64,000 nucleotides of DNA from a virus (taxonomy: Duplodnaviria > Heunggongvirae > Uroviricota > Caudoviricetes), in IMG/VR virus record IMGVR_UViG_3300042988_000374, positions 1-64,000 of that record; one strand, 5' to 3'. The notes beneath the pieces were generated by a model, which did not search any database, was not told the DNA's origin, and worked only from the letters and a program-made list of their open reading frames with translations. Made by a program: the position numbers and the translations under genes. Positions 9,771 through 19,343 of this stretch are shown one piece after another (the first letter of the stretch is position 1; every line of letters begins with the position of its first letter).

Positions 9771-10062
9771 TGATACTGCTAAATTCATTAACAGTCGCCG
9801 CCGACATAAAACTGACGTGCATATTGCGCGACAGGTAAAGATTGCACGAGCACATGGTTTGTCAGACAAGGATCAGGCTATCAAAGAGCCACACCGTTTA
9901 GCAAAACACCATGCACTGGACTGTGGTAACCCGGGATGCTATATGTGCTCTAATCCTAGGAAGACACATAAAGATCGTTTAACCACCCAAGAAAAACGAT
10001 TGTTCCAAGATGTGGAAAGTAAAAGAGGTCGTCACTCTAATGGTAGTGGAGACGCCGAATGA
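9763..10062 (+). CDS. hypothetical basic protein with Cys cluster
   Basis: CGNPGCYMCSNP. Confidence 0.4.
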   Translation: MSNDTAKFINSRRRHKTDVHIARQVKIARAHGLSDKDQAIKEPHRLAKHHALDCGNPGCYMCSNPRKTHKDRLTTQEKRLFQDVESKRGRHSNGSGDAE

Positions 10063-10298
10063 TTCAACTTGATGGTTTAACTAAACGTCAGGTGGAGTTA
10101 CTTGATATGATGTGGGAGATCGATGACCCCTCTGATATTGAGAACTTTATCGAAGTGTTATCGGATGAAGATCAAGCAGATTGCCGTACACTCATGAACA
10201 TGATTGCCGTGGTGCTGGTAGATCAATCAGTAGATAGTTTAGATGACTACGACGATGCTACTGAGGTTTTGGATCAGTTCACACTAGGTAAAACTTGA
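10059..10298 (+). CDS. hypothetical acidic protein
   Basis: ATGA overlap. Confidence 0.4.
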   Translation: MIQLDGLTKRQVELLDMMWEIDDPSDIENFIEVLSDEDQADCRTLMNMIAVVLVDQSVDSLDDYDDATEVLDQFTLGKT

Positions 10299-10323
10299 CA
10301 AATATATTTGGTCATGCTATAAT
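10295..10323 (+). promoter_or_regulatory. sigma70 consensus promoter (TTGACA-N17-TATAAT)
   Basis: TTGACA 10295-10300 overlaps the upstream stop codon; TATAAT 10318-10323. Confidence 0.6.
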
Positions 10324-10348
10324 ACAGTCTAATTAACTGGAGCATAGC

Positions 10349-10675
10349 ATGACCAAAACTGTATCTATCAATCAAGAATTACTTGATGAGCAACGAATTG
10401 TTGAATTACGTGAATGGGTTACCAACACCCTGCATCGTGGTGTTACTACCGTAGTATTCACAAAAAAAGATGGTACCATTCGCACAATGGTGTGTACCTT
10501 AAACGAGAGTCTGATGCCAGTCGCGCATCGACCTAGCGAACGCGCAATGTTGTCTGAGTCTGACCGCGCGAATCGCAAATCAAATCCTGATGTTCGTACT
10601 TGCTATGACATCGAAGCTGGTGCTTGGAAATCATTCCGTCTTGACAGCATCAAAACAGTAACTGGAGATATTTAA
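10349..10675 (+). CDS. hypothetical protein
   Basis: ORF following a consensus promoter. Confidence 0.5.
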   Translation: MTKTVSINQELLDEQRIVELREWVTNTLHRGVTTVVFTKKDGTIRTMVCTLNESLMPVAHRPSERAMLSESDRANRKSNPDVRTCYDIEAGAWKSFRLDSIKTVTGDI

Positions 10676-10676
10676 T

Positions 10677-12035
10677 ATGTCAGTATACTGGATCAATAAA
10701 CTAAACGAAGATGGTGGCCGACTGCACAAAGAAGCGGCGATTCAGGATGCGCTTAACATGGCAAATCTTGGCGAATCACATAGCGCTATGTTCTTAACGC
10801 TGGCAAACTTCGCATATAATCCGTTCATTACATTCGGCGTTAAACAAGTGCCCACTACTGATGGTATCATCGATGCTGAGAATCCATGGACGGAGTTCAT
10901 TAGTTTACTCTCTAACTTGCGTGTTCGCTCACTTACTGGTCATGCTGCGCGAGACGCAGTAGAGGCAATGTCACAGCGTTTTGATAGTGCAGAGTGGAAT
11001 GGTCTTTGTCGTCCTACTATCATGAAGGACCTTCGTGCTGGTATCTCAGAAAAGACCATCAATAAGATTGTAAAGAAGACCGCATATGAGATTCCAACAT
11101 TCGGTTGTCAGCTGGCATCTTCGTGTGAAGGTCGCCCAGAAATGCGCGGCCTTAAACGCCTTGAACCTAAATTAGATGGCGTTCGTGCCCTATTCGTGGT
11201 CGATATCTCGAACACCGGTAGTTCAGTTACCTGCTACAGCCGTAACGGTAAAGTGTTCGAGAACTTTGATCATATTTGCGACCAAATTAGTACTGGCATC
11301 AAACCATTAGTTGCCAATCTCTCTAAGCACATCGGTACCAACGTACTGAATGGCTTTGTGTTAGATGGTGAAGTGATTGGTAAATCATTCAATGACTTGA
11401 TGAAGCAAGCTCGTCGCAAAACTGATGTGCAAGCTGACGACAGCACACTCTTTGTCTTTGATGTGATTCCACTCTCTGAATTCCTTGAAGGTCATTGCAA
11501 TGCTCAATTGAGTAAGCGTATCAAAGCAATTGAAGAATGCCGTTCAGTATTTGACACCATGAACAACGTTGACTTGTTGACGCATATCATGGTAGACTTA
11601 GACACTGCTGCTGGCCGCGATCAATTCGAACGCTACTGCGCTGATAAAGTTGCTGAGGGTTTTGAAGGAGCCATGGTGAAAAACTTGGACGCTCCGTACG
11701 AATGTCGTCGCAACACTAGTTGGTTAAAATACAAACCAGTCATCACTGTTGACTTAACTGTTATTGGCATCGAAGAAGGTACTGGTAAAAATGCCGGTCG
11801 TCTTGGTGCGCTAGTTTGTGAAGGCGTTGATGATGGTCGCACTATCACGGTAAATTGTGGCAGTGGGTTTACTGATGCCCAGCGAAATGATCTATGGGAC
11901 AATCGTGATGAGGTGATGGGTCGCTTAGTTGAAGTTATGGCTGACGTGGTTAGTCAGAACCAAGATGGAACACACTCACTTCGCTTCCCCCGGTTTGTTC
12001 GCTTTCGCGACACATTAACTGGCGATAAAGAATGA
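10677..12035 (+). CDS. ATP-dependent DNA ligase
   Basis: Motif I KLDGVR (LEPKLDGVRALFVVD); later EGAMVKNLDAPYECRRNTSWLKYKP resembles ligase motifs IV-V. Confidence 0.75.
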   Translation: MSVYWINKLNEDGGRLHKEAAIQDALNMANLGESHSAMFLTLANFAYNPFITFGVKQVPTTDGIIDAENPWTEFISLLSNLRVRSLTGHAARDAVEAMSQRFDSAEWNGLCRPTIMKDLRAGISEKTINKIVKKTAYEIPTFGCQLASSCEGRPEMRGLKRLEPKLDGVRALFVVDISNTGSSVTCYSRNGKVFENFDHICDQISTGIKPLVANLSKHIGTNVLNGFVLDGEVIGKSFNDLMKQARRKTDVQADDSTLFVFDVIPLSEFLEGHCNAQLSKRIKAIEECRSVFDTMNNVDLLTHIMVDLDTAAGRDQFERYCADKVAEGFEGAMVKNLDAPYECRRNTSWLKYKPVITVDLTVIGIEEGTGKNAGRLGALVCEGVDDGRTITVNCGSGFTDAQRNDLWDNRDEVMGRLVEVMADVVSQNQDGTHSLRFPRFVRFRDTLTGDKE

Positions 12036-12195
12036 AATGGAAAATAAATCCTGCGAGTAATCCTAATATTGGTACTACTCGCAAGATTGCCCAATTCGCC
12101 TGGTTACCGACACAGGTTGAAGATCACATGGTGTGGTGGGAAGATTACTGGTCGGTCGAAAGATTCACCTATGATGGGTGGGAGGAGCAAACAAA

Positions 12196-13095
12196 ATGGC
12201 TAATGAAGTAACATCAAAAGAGGCAGAGTACAACGAATTAATTGAACTCTTGAAGTTCACACCGCGTACATATACGATTCAAGTATATGGTTATGGTGGC
12301 GACACGCGATTCATCCGCACAACTAAAGAACAGTTTTTGTACTTTAAAGAACACGAAATCGACTTGGAAGAATACTCTGGTGACTGGGACAACGAAGCTG
12401 GCGTACCAGAAGAATTCCAGCCATTTCCACCTGGTGAGCCATACGAAGCTGTTGAAATGCACTGTGCTAGCGGCGCATACTTCGACGATGACAACATGTT
12501 TGAAGTACACGACGAACATAGTAACACCGTGTTAAAGAGTGACTTTGGAAGTTTAGACAATCTAGGCATCGAGAGAGATGAGATTGAAGAATGGTACGTT
12601 CATCATGATATGAATCCTGGTGATGTGGTAATTTGGCATGCGAACGGCGAGAAGGGCACATTCTTCGGTGGTGAGATCGAGTTGACTGCACCATTCAATC
12701 CAAAATTACTAAAATTTGAATACGTAGACTGTGATGGTACATCTTATTTGTCTAGCATCACTTACAACGGCGAAGAGATCGAAAACAACGATTACAGTAG
12801 TACTGGTAAATGGGCAGAGACAAAATGGATCGTTGTTGGCGGTAATCACGCATTGGATTTGACAGATATGGAAGTATCTGCTAAACTACGTGCTGAATTT
12901 ATGAAGAAGACCGAATGGTTCCCAGTTAAAGTAAAGCCTGCGCGTGTTGGCTTATATGAGTGTAAATTTAAAGCAGACTCAAAGACAGCATGGCCGTGGT
13001 CTAGTTCTGAGTTAGTGGAATGGGATGGCAAGAAGTGGGACACTGACAAGAAGGTTGGTGAGTGGCGTGGGCTCCTTGAGCAGATTGTAGAATGA
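12196..13095 (+). CDS. hypothetical protein
   Basis: RBS GGGAGG upstream of ATG 12196. Confidence 0.5.
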   Translation: MANEVTSKEAEYNELIELLKFTPRTYTIQVYGYGGDTRFIRTTKEQFLYFKEHEIDLEEYSGDWDNEAGVPEEFQPFPPGEPYEAVEMHCASGAYFDDDNMFEVHDEHSNTVLKSDFGSLDNLGIERDEIEEWYVHHDMNPGDVVIWHANGEKGTFFGGEIELTAPFNPKLLKFEYVDCDGTSYLSSITYNGEEIENNDYSSTGKWAETKWIVVGGNHALDLTDMEVSAKLRAEFMKKTEWFPVKVKPARVGLYECKFKADSKTAWPWSSSELVEWDGKKWDTDKKVGEWRGLLEQIVE

Positions 13096-13511
13096 TAGTA
13101 GGCATCACTGGCACTCGTGAAGGCATGAATGCTAGGCAAATGGCGGAGATCAGGCAAGTACTACATGACTTAGCAGTTGAAGCGGATCGTGATGGTATAG
13201 TGCCGCACTTCCATCATGGTGATTGTGTTGGTGTTGATGTCGAAGCAGCGGCTATGGCAGATGAGTTCGGATACGTTGTTGTTTGTCATCCGCCTACCAA
13301 GCAAGACATGCGAGGCTTCTATGCGAGTCACGTGTTCAAAGAGCCTAAAGGTTATTTAGAGCGTGATAGAGCAATCGTTGATTCGGTTGATGTACTGTTG
13401 GTAGTGCCTAAAGAGAATGAGTGGCAACCACGGGGTGGCACTTGGTATACCAACGATTACGCTGTGCGAAGAGGTGTACCAAATAGTATTTTTTATCCTG
13501 GAGTTGAATGA
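13092..13511 (+). CDS. DprA/Smf-like SLOG-fold protein (DUF2493-like)
   Basis: HHGDCVGVDVEAAAMA, LERDRAIVDSVDVLLVV, PRGGTWYTNDYAVRRGVP resemble DprA Rossmann motifs (ARGID.AAH, RNRIIa, SGsLiTA..A...GR.V.avPG). Confidence 0.4.
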   Translation: MIVGITGTREGMNARQMAEIRQVLHDLAVEADRDGIVPHFHHGDCVGVDVEAAAMADEFGYVVVCHPPTKQDMRGFYASHVFKEPKGYLERDRAIVDSVDVLLVVPKENEWQPRGGTWYTNDYAVRRGVPNSIFYPGVE

Positions 13512-13738
13512 TGTGGGAAGATGAAGAACTAACGCCTGAAGAACAGAACAGGCAGTATCTACAGGAGAATCGACATATTGAATCCGGACTATGGGCAGAG
13601 TGGATTGGTGTAGTATGCGGTTGGGACAAGATCCCCAACCCTACACCAGAAGAATGGAATAAACTAAAGGCAAATTTTTATCACGGCAAAGCACCAGTTG
13701 AGTCAGTTGCTGAACTAAAGAAGATGAGAGAAACATGA
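13508..13738 (+). CDS. hypothetical protein
   Basis: ATGA overlap. Confidence 0.4.
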   Translation: MMWEDEELTPEEQNRQYLQENRHIESGLWAEWIGVVCGWDKIPNPTPEEWNKLKANFYHGKAPVESVAELKKMRET

Positions 13739-13959
13739 ACGAACGAATTGTAGAAATTGCCAGTCAAGCTGGCTATGATCCAGAAGTATTCGCATTATGT
13801 AGAGTTGGTATGGAAAAGTTCGCCGAGTTGATTGTGAAGGAATGTGCTGGCATTGTAGCTAAACGTAAAGACCAGGCTATCGACGATGGCTGGAATGTAG
13901 ACGAAGCAATGTCTATGGCAGAGATGGACTTAACAGAACATTTTGGAGTCGAGAAATGA
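13735..13959 (+). CDS. hypothetical protein
   Basis: ATGA overlap. Confidence 0.4.
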   Translation: MNERIVEIASQAGYDPEVFALCRVGMEKFAELIVKECAGIVAKRKDQAIDDGWNVDEAMSMAEMDLTEHFGVEK

Positions 13960-14129
13960 AGGACATTGAGATTGAACAATTCTGTGACGGATGGACAGTT
14001 AAAGTAGATGGCAAGAGTTTCCATTGGGACCATAACGATGAAGACATGGGCACCCTTGGCATCAAACAACTGTTAGAATATCTTGGACACACGGTAACAG
14101 TCGAAGAATGCTATTGATTGGAGCACCAT

Positions 14130-14417
14130 ATGCTATACGATGAATTTAAACAAGACGCGAAGACCGCTGCCATGAACATTATCGGTTATATGGGAGCAGC
14201 TGCTAAACATATCTCAATTATGTTTGCACTTATGCTATGTGGTATGGTAGGAATCGTAACTGTCATTTATCTGGCAGTTAACTATCCATGGACTGCTGGC
14301 ACAACGATAGTAGTGTCGCTGATTGGATTCTTATTCTATATCGAGATATCTACAGTTAAGTCCATTCGTGAACAAGAAGACCTACAAAGGAGTATGGAAA
14401 ATGAACAGACGTATTGA
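14130..14417 (+). CDS. small membrane protein
   Basis: RBS GGAG; two hydrophobic helices. Confidence 0.45.
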   Translation: MLYDEFKQDAKTAAMNIIGYMGAAAKHISIMFALMLCGMVGIVTVIYLAVNYPWTAGTTIVVSLIGFLFYIEISTVKSIREQEDLQRSMENEQTY

Positions 14418-14643
14418 CGAATTAGCGCATCAGGCATTAGCCGAGCATGTGCAAGCAAATATCGATTCTAAAGTATCAGAGCAATACTTAAACAGATTCG
14501 CCGAGTTGCTCATTAAGGAATGTTGTGCTACGATCACAAGTCAAGGTAACGCTGAATGCCTTGACGACTGGGACAGTGGCTTTCACTGTGGTTTAGATTC
14601 AGCAGTTAAATCAATTCAAAAACAATTTGGAGTAGACGCATGA
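14401..14643 (+). CDS. hypothetical protein
   Basis: RBS AGGAG before ATG 14401. Confidence 0.45.
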   Translation: MNRRIDELAHQALAEHVQANIDSKVSEQYLNRFAELLIKECCATITSQGNAECLDDWDSGFHCGLDSAVKSIQKQFGVDA

Positions 14644-14897
14644 CACAAGCTAAAAAAGTACTTTGGTTCAAAGATGAAAAACATGATAAAGTATGGGGTT
14701 TCATCGCCGTTGGTGATGAGCAATGGGTAACATTCTGGGGTCGCCGTGGCGCTAAGCTCCAGACCAAAGCATGGGAGGGCTCACTGAGTGATGGTATCGC
14801 CATGTTAGACAAGAAGGTTCAAAAAGGTTACCGTGAAGTGGGCGCCGACTTCTTAGATGATGTTTATCCAGATCTGGAAGAGTTAGTCCAGCAATGA
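14640..14897 (+). CDS. stand-alone WGR domain protein
   Basis: KVWGFIAVGDEQWVTFWGRRGAKLQTK matches the W-G-R signature of WGR domains (PARP/MolR-associated). Confidence 0.6.
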   Translation: MTQAKKVLWFKDEKHDKVWGFIAVGDEQWVTFWGRRGAKLQTKAWEGSLSDGIAMLDKKVQKGYREVGADFLDDVYPDLEELVQQ

Positions 14898-15076
14898 GTG
14901 AAGAAGTTAAATGCCTAATGTGGGGAGTATTTGTTGGTCTGTTTATCGCAGTGCTGGTGAATACTCTACCATTTGCTGATTCCGAGAAGTATCGTCGTGC
15001 TATCAAAGAATGTGAGCGTTCGTTACCACGAGATCAGCACTGCACTGTTGTTGGTGTGCCAGTAATTCGCTAGGAT

Positions 15077-15105
15077 TTGACAAGACTAGTTCAACCTGCT
15101 ACAAT
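15077..15105 (+). promoter_or_regulatory. sigma70 consensus promoter (TTGACA-N17-TGcTACAAT) with conserved leader
   Basis: TTGACA 15077-15082, TACAAT 15100-15105; downstream 29-nt leader identical to the one at 15466-15494. Confidence 0.65.
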
Positions 15106-15135
15106 ACCATTACTGAAACAAAACTGGAGCGTAAC

Positions 15136-15444
15136 ATGACAACTTTGACTTATCCAATCGACAACTTTGATCAATCAGCCTTGTTCACATTTACAGTTCC
15201 TAGCCGTAGTTATGGCATTCGTACCGGTTACTTGTTCCGTGATGACAGTACTGGTAAAATCTACATCATGCAGCAAAGCGCAGTGATGAAGTCTAGCTAC
15301 ACTGATGAAGATCGTGCCACTAGCGCGCGTCTGGTAGCACAAGACCCACTTCAAACTGGCTCTGTTGTTACAGTTGACGGTATTGAGTATTCAGTCGTCA
15401 TCAAAGGTGATTACAGCGATGCTGGCTTTTTGAAGGCCCTGTAA
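15136..15444 (+). CDS. hypothetical protein
   Basis: ORF following promoter and conserved leader. Confidence 0.5.
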   Translation: MTTLTYPIDNFDQSALFTFTVPSRSYGIRTGYLFRDDSTGKIYIMQQSAVMKSSYTDEDRATSARLVAQDPLQTGSVVTVDGIEYSVVIKGDYSDAGFLKAL

Positions 15445-15473
15445 TTGACAAGCACACCCACGTGTGCTACAAT
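15445..15473 (+). promoter_or_regulatory. sigma70 consensus promoter (TTGACA-N17-TGcTACAAT); palindromic spacer
   Basis: TTGACA 15445-15450, TACAAT 15468-15473; spacer holds the inverted repeat gcacac-cca-cgtgtgc. Confidence 0.65.
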
Positions 15474-15500
15474 ACCATTACTGAAACAAAACTGAAGCTG

Positions 15501-15521
15501 GTAATGCATCCAATGCATTAC
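15501..15521 (+). repeat. perfect 9-bp inverted repeat (hairpin) in the leader
   Basis: gtaatgcat-cca-atgcattac. Confidence 0.5.
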
Positions 15522-15592
15522 GCTAATCGTGGCGTCGGCATTCGCAATCGAATTCCGCGTACAAATTAAAAACTTTTTTTGAAGGCAAATAA

Positions 15593-15934
15593 ATGCGATT
15601 ACACTTATTATGGGAATTCATCAAGTGGACATTTGTGAAGCTGTTTGGCTCTCTGTTGGATACTGCGGTGGAATTCCGAACTGAACTTAAACGTGGCGCA
15701 CCAAACTCAGTGTTCGCTTCATTTGCTTTTGTTGCGGCATCGGTTGTGCTATTTGGAGTAATCGCCTTGTTGTCGGTAACACTAATCGCTAGTAGAGAAG
15801 TGGTCAACTACATTATTTGCACCGTCTTCTGGACTCTTGTTGCAGCTTACTTTTACAACGTTATTAAAGCCGGTTGGGAATGCTTTGTTGACGAGCGACA
15901 AGAATTAATTGATGTATTAAAGGAATCCAAATGA
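15593..15934 (+). CDS. membrane protein
   Basis: hydrophobic segments. Confidence 0.45.
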   Translation: MRLHLLWEFIKWTFVKLFGSLLDTAVEFRTELKRGAPNSVFASFAFVAASVVLFGVIALLSVTLIASREVVNYIICTVFWTLVAAYFYNVIKAGWECFVDERQELIDVLKESK

Positions 15935-16176
15935 AAGTAATTGACGTTCGCTGGTTTGCTGGTAGGGACTGTGTTGGTATCGTACAAGTGGTACAAGAAC
16001 ATGAGTTGGCAGAGTATCGCCAAACTGGTAATGCAAACTACAAATACTACATTGGTGTAGGCTGGGGTGAGGATGAAAAGACTGATGCCAGCTACATTGC
16101 AGAACATGGCAATCCATTTGATGTTGCTGCTGGTAATACATTATTCCGTGTTTTGGACAATCCTGTTCCAATTTAA
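15931..16176 (+). CDS. hypothetical protein
   Basis: ATGA overlap. Confidence 0.45.
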   Translation: MKVIDVRWFAGRDCVGIVQVVQEHELAEYRQTGNANYKYYIGVGWGEDEKTDASYIAEHGNPFDVAAGNTLFRVLDNPVPI

Positions 16177-16177
16177 C

Positions 16178-16206
16178 TTGACGCTAACCATGTCCTGTGG
16201 TATACT
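16178..16206 (+). promoter_or_regulatory. sigma70-like promoter (TTGACG-N17-TATACT)
   Basis: TTGACG 16178-16183, TGg-TATACT 16201-16206. Confidence 0.5.
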
Positions 16207-16242
16207 ATACCTATAATCTATCTAACTTATCAAAGGAATCAA

Positions 16243-17094
16243 ATGATTACATTAATCTTCTTTACTCTGGCCGCCGTTGCTGCCTTCGTTGCTATCTCAG
16301 TGCTGTTTGATCGCCGCGGGCTTGGTGCCCTAGCCGGTGTCACTGTATTCTTGGTCGGCATCTTACTCAGTTCGTTCACGGTTGTACCAGCAGGACATGT
16401 TGGTGTACAAGTTACTCTTGGTGAAGTGAATCAGCAAGTACTACCAGAAGGCTGGCAGTTTGTCAACCCAATTAGTTCTGTAAAGAACGTTGATGTTCGT
16501 CTTCAACGTGCTAACTTGAATAACGCAAGTGCTGGTACTAAGAACACCCAACAGGTTCATACAGATATTGTGGTTAACTATCGCTTGACGCCAAACAAGG
16601 TGCCGTACATCTACAAAGAGTTTGGTCTTGACGTAGACACAAAGGTGCTTGGTCCTGCTATTAACGAATCGTTTAAGTCAGCAGTTGGTCACTATACCAG
16701 TGAAGAATTGATTACCAAACGTGATACAGTTAACGCAGACATTGTGTCGAGACTGAGTGAAAAGTTGGCACCATTTAACATTGTTGTTAACAACGTGAGC
16801 TTGGTTAACTTTGGGTTCAGCAAAGCGTTCCAGGATTCAATTGAAGCCAAAGTGATTGCTGAACAGGCAAAACTACGTGCTGACCAAGACTATGAGCGTA
16901 TTCAAGTTGAAGCTAAATCACGTATCGCACAAGCTAAAGGTGAAGCCGAAGCTATCGCAATTCAAGCAAGCGCTATTCAACATCAAGGCGGTCAAGCATA
17001 CGTACAGTTGCAATGGATCGAAAAGTGGAATGGTAAGATGCCTGACACTGTTGTGAATGGTTCACAAGGCATGATGCTTAACTTAGGCAAATAA
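16243..17094 (+). CDS. SPFH / band-7 (prohibitin/HflKC-like) membrane protein
   Basis: N-terminal TM helix then VVPAGHVGVQVTLGEV...NPISSVKNVDVRLQ typical of SPFH domains; C-terminal coiled coil. Confidence 0.7.
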   Translation: MITLIFFTLAAVAAFVAISVLFDRRGLGALAGVTVFLVGILLSSFTVVPAGHVGVQVTLGEVNQQVLPEGWQFVNPISSVKNVDVRLQRANLNNASAGTKNTQQVHTDIVVNYRLTPNKVPYIYKEFGLDVDTKVLGPAINESFKSAVGHYTSEELITKRDTVNADIVSRLSEKLAPFNIVVNNVSLVNFGFSKAFQDSIEAKVIAEQAKLRADQDYERIQVEAKSRIAQAKGEAEAIAIQASAIQHQGGQAYVQLQWIEKWNGKMPDTVVNGSQGMMLNLGK

Positions 17095-17099
17095 AAAGA

Positions 17100-17127
17100 G
17101 GGCACATTTGACATGTGCCTTTTTTTG
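17100..17127 (+). terminator. rho-independent terminator overlapping the next promoter
   Basis: ggcacat-ttgac-atgtgcc then TTTTTTT. Confidence 0.6.
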
Positions 17128-17136
17128 GTTTACAAT
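17108..17136 (+). promoter_or_regulatory. sigma70 consensus promoter (TTGACA-N17-TACAAT)
   Basis: TTGACA 17108-17113 lies in the terminator loop; TACAAT 17131-17136. Confidence 0.6.
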
Positions 17137-17164
17137 ACCACATCTTAAACATTTGGAGAATCAC

Positions 17165-18130
17165 ATGGGTTCATGGTATAAAACTTGCGGCTTGAGTAAT
17201 ATGCACATTCGCGACGATGACGAGGTTATGGTATTTGTACTTGAAAAAAACAATGACCAGACTGACCGTTGTTACAGTACGGCATTTTGGTCACCATGTT
17301 TGCTTCCCTTTTATTCTAAGTACGGCGACTATGGTCGTGGTGCTGACGACAGCGGTGTAACACTTCCCTATCTTATGGCAGGCATTAAAGAACAACTGAT
17401 CGAAATGGAACTGGGTGATAATGAATATCACGACATTGAAATCAAACGCGACAAGTTTGACATTGAACTGTTCTATGAAGCTGTTCACGAGGGACGTTTG
17501 TTCAAATCAGACTGGCGCGGCGATAAACAAATGATTGACTTTGTTATGATTCGTAAAGACATTGCAGACGATATCCTTGCCAACTTCCAACGCGAACAAT
17601 ATGTAGGTCATGGCGAGGGCGACTGCGGTTACGACAATTCCTACAAGCTGGTAACTTTTGCTAAGATCCTCGAAGACTTGCCAGAGTTTATGGCAAAGTT
17701 GTCAGAGTTCCTTGCACCAGAAGAGGGTCTCGACGATAAAGCTAACGATGCATTACTCCGTATGAAGTTTATGGGCGGATTGAGCACAGTATTCAAATAC
17801 GAAGACTCCAATCTTGTAGGCAAGTGGATTCGCGGTGATGGCTATCGCTTTAGTCGTCTAGCTGAACCAAACGAAATTGTCATCGACTTGATGCAAGCTG
17901 GTAAAGTTAAAGAAGCTACTGAAGTTATGGTTGAACTACTCAAAGGCAATTACATCACCAGCTTTATGGAAATGACTCGCCGTAATTGGTCACCTGCTGG
18001 ACATGAAGGTTCACAGTGCAACGAGACTCATGGTTATCGCATCATGGCAGAAGCAACACTTCGTGCCATTGACCGTGAACGCAAAAAATATTTGGAAGAA
18101 GTTGATGATGAATATAGCGAATTCAATTGA
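17165..18130 (+). CDS. hypothetical protein
   Basis: RBS GGAGA before ATG 17165. Confidence 0.5.
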   Translation: MGSWYKTCGLSNMHIRDDDEVMVFVLEKNNDQTDRCYSTAFWSPCLLPFYSKYGDYGRGADDSGVTLPYLMAGIKEQLIEMELGDNEYHDIEIKRDKFDIELFYEAVHEGRLFKSDWRGDKQMIDFVMIRKDIADDILANFQREQYVGHGEGDCGYDNSYKLVTFAKILEDLPEFMAKLSEFLAPEEGLDDKANDALLRMKFMGGLSTVFKYEDSNLVGKWIRGDGYRFSRLAEPNEIVIDLMQAGKVKEATEVMVELLKGNYITSFMEMTRRNWSPAGHEGSQCNETHGYRIMAEATLRAIDRERKKYLEEVDDEYSEFN

Positions 18131-18155
18131 CAACGCTTTAAATTCCTTGTACAAT
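18127..18155 (+). promoter_or_regulatory. sigma70 consensus promoter (TTGACA-N17-TACAAT)
   Basis: TTGACA 18127-18132, TACAAT 18150-18155. Confidence 0.6.
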
Positions 18156-18185
18156 ACAACTATCTTAAACAAAAAGGGTTTTACC

Positions 18186-19334
18186 ATGAAAAAACTATTG
18201 ACTGCGCTAGCATTTGGTTTGATTGCAACATTCGCGCAAGCTGAAGCGTCTTTTGATCAAATTGAAGGTCTCATTCAGCAAAAGAACTATGCTGCGGCCG
18301 CATCTGGTCTTGAGACCATCATTCAAAATCATCCCAAAAGTGCTAAAGCATTCTACGCCATGGCACAAGCGCAAGCAGGTCTTGGCAACCAAGACAAAGC
18401 ACAGAAGGCGTTGAACATCGCTACTGGCTTGAATCCCACATTAGACTTTGCACCAGCTAGTTCAGTTGCTAGTTTAAAAGAGGCGATTACCCCACAGACA
18501 AAGAAGATCGAAGCGATTGAAGAATCACATGGCTTGCGTAACTTTGTGCTGTTTGTGATGTTTGTCGGCTTTGCTGTTGCCATGTACTTTGTATGGAGCG
18601 TGTACTCTCGTAAGAAAGAGGAAGAACTACGTGAAAGTGATGCAAAATTCTTGCGTGAAGAAGCCGCTCGACAAGAACGTGATGCTCAACGTAAACGTGA
18701 ACATATGGAAATGCTGGCAAAGCAAGATGCTGAGCGCAAGGCTGAGTTGGCAGCCGAAGCAGCGCTGAAGGCACATAAGAACTATGGTCATGAACGTTTT
18801 GACCCAGCTAACCCTGACAAGTTGAAGACTGTCAAGCAGTTCAAAGAGGAACAAGCGGCAGCAAAGGCAGCAGAATTGCAAGCGACAGAGTTGCGTGAAG
18901 CTCGTGCTCGTGCAGATGCCGCAGAAGCCAGTGCCCGTATGTACCGTACATCTGCTCAAGCAGTTCAACCTACTCAAGTAGTTCACACTAACAGTGGCAG
19001 TAACGATATGCTCACTGGTGTACTAATCGGTAACATGTTGAGTGGTCATCACCACGAAACTACTCGTGTCGTAGAGCGTGAAGTTGTGCGTGAAGCGCCA
19101 AGTCGTAGTTCCACATGGGACGACACACCAGCACCTACCGTGCGTGAGAGTCGTAGTTCATCATGGGATGATACACCATCTACACCAAGTCGCTCTAGTT
19201 CATGGGACGATGATAGCTCCAGTAGCTCTAGCTCATCTAGTTCTAGCTGGTCAAGCTCTAGCAGTTCATCGAGTGATAGTAGCTGGTCTTCTAGTTCATC
19301 TAGCGATAGCAGTTCATCTAGCTCTTGGGATTAA
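18186..19334 (+). CDS. secreted/membrane protein: signal peptide, TPR-like region, TM helix, coiled coil, Ser-rich SSSWDD tail
   Basis: MKKLLTALAFGLIATFAQA signal; internal TM FVLFVMFVGFAVAMYFVW; C-terminal SSSWDD/SSSSSS low-complexity repeats. Confidence 0.55.
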   Translation: MKKLLTALAFGLIATFAQAEASFDQIEGLIQQKNYAAAASGLETIIQNHPKSAKAFYAMAQAQAGLGNQDKAQKALNIATGLNPTLDFAPASSVASLKEAITPQTKKIEAIEESHGLRNFVLFVMFVGFAVAMYFVWSVYSRKKEEELRESDAKFLREEAARQERDAQRKREHMEMLAKQDAERKAELAAEAALKAHKNYGHERFDPANPDKLKTVKQFKEEQAAAKAAELQATELREARARADAAEASARMYRTSAQAVQPTQVVHTNSGSNDMLTGVLIGNMLSGHHHETTRVVEREVVREAPSRSSTWDDTPAPTVRESRSSSWDDTPSTPSRSSSWDDDSSSSSSSSSSSWSSSSSSSSDSSWSSSSSSDSSSSSSWD

Positions 19335-19343
19335 GGAAACATC

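Noticed and set aside
18003-18185. Upstream extension of the 18186-19334 gene (track start 18003)
   Set aside because: The extension overlaps the preceding gene and the 18127 promoter. The ATG at 18186 is followed by a textbook signal peptide.
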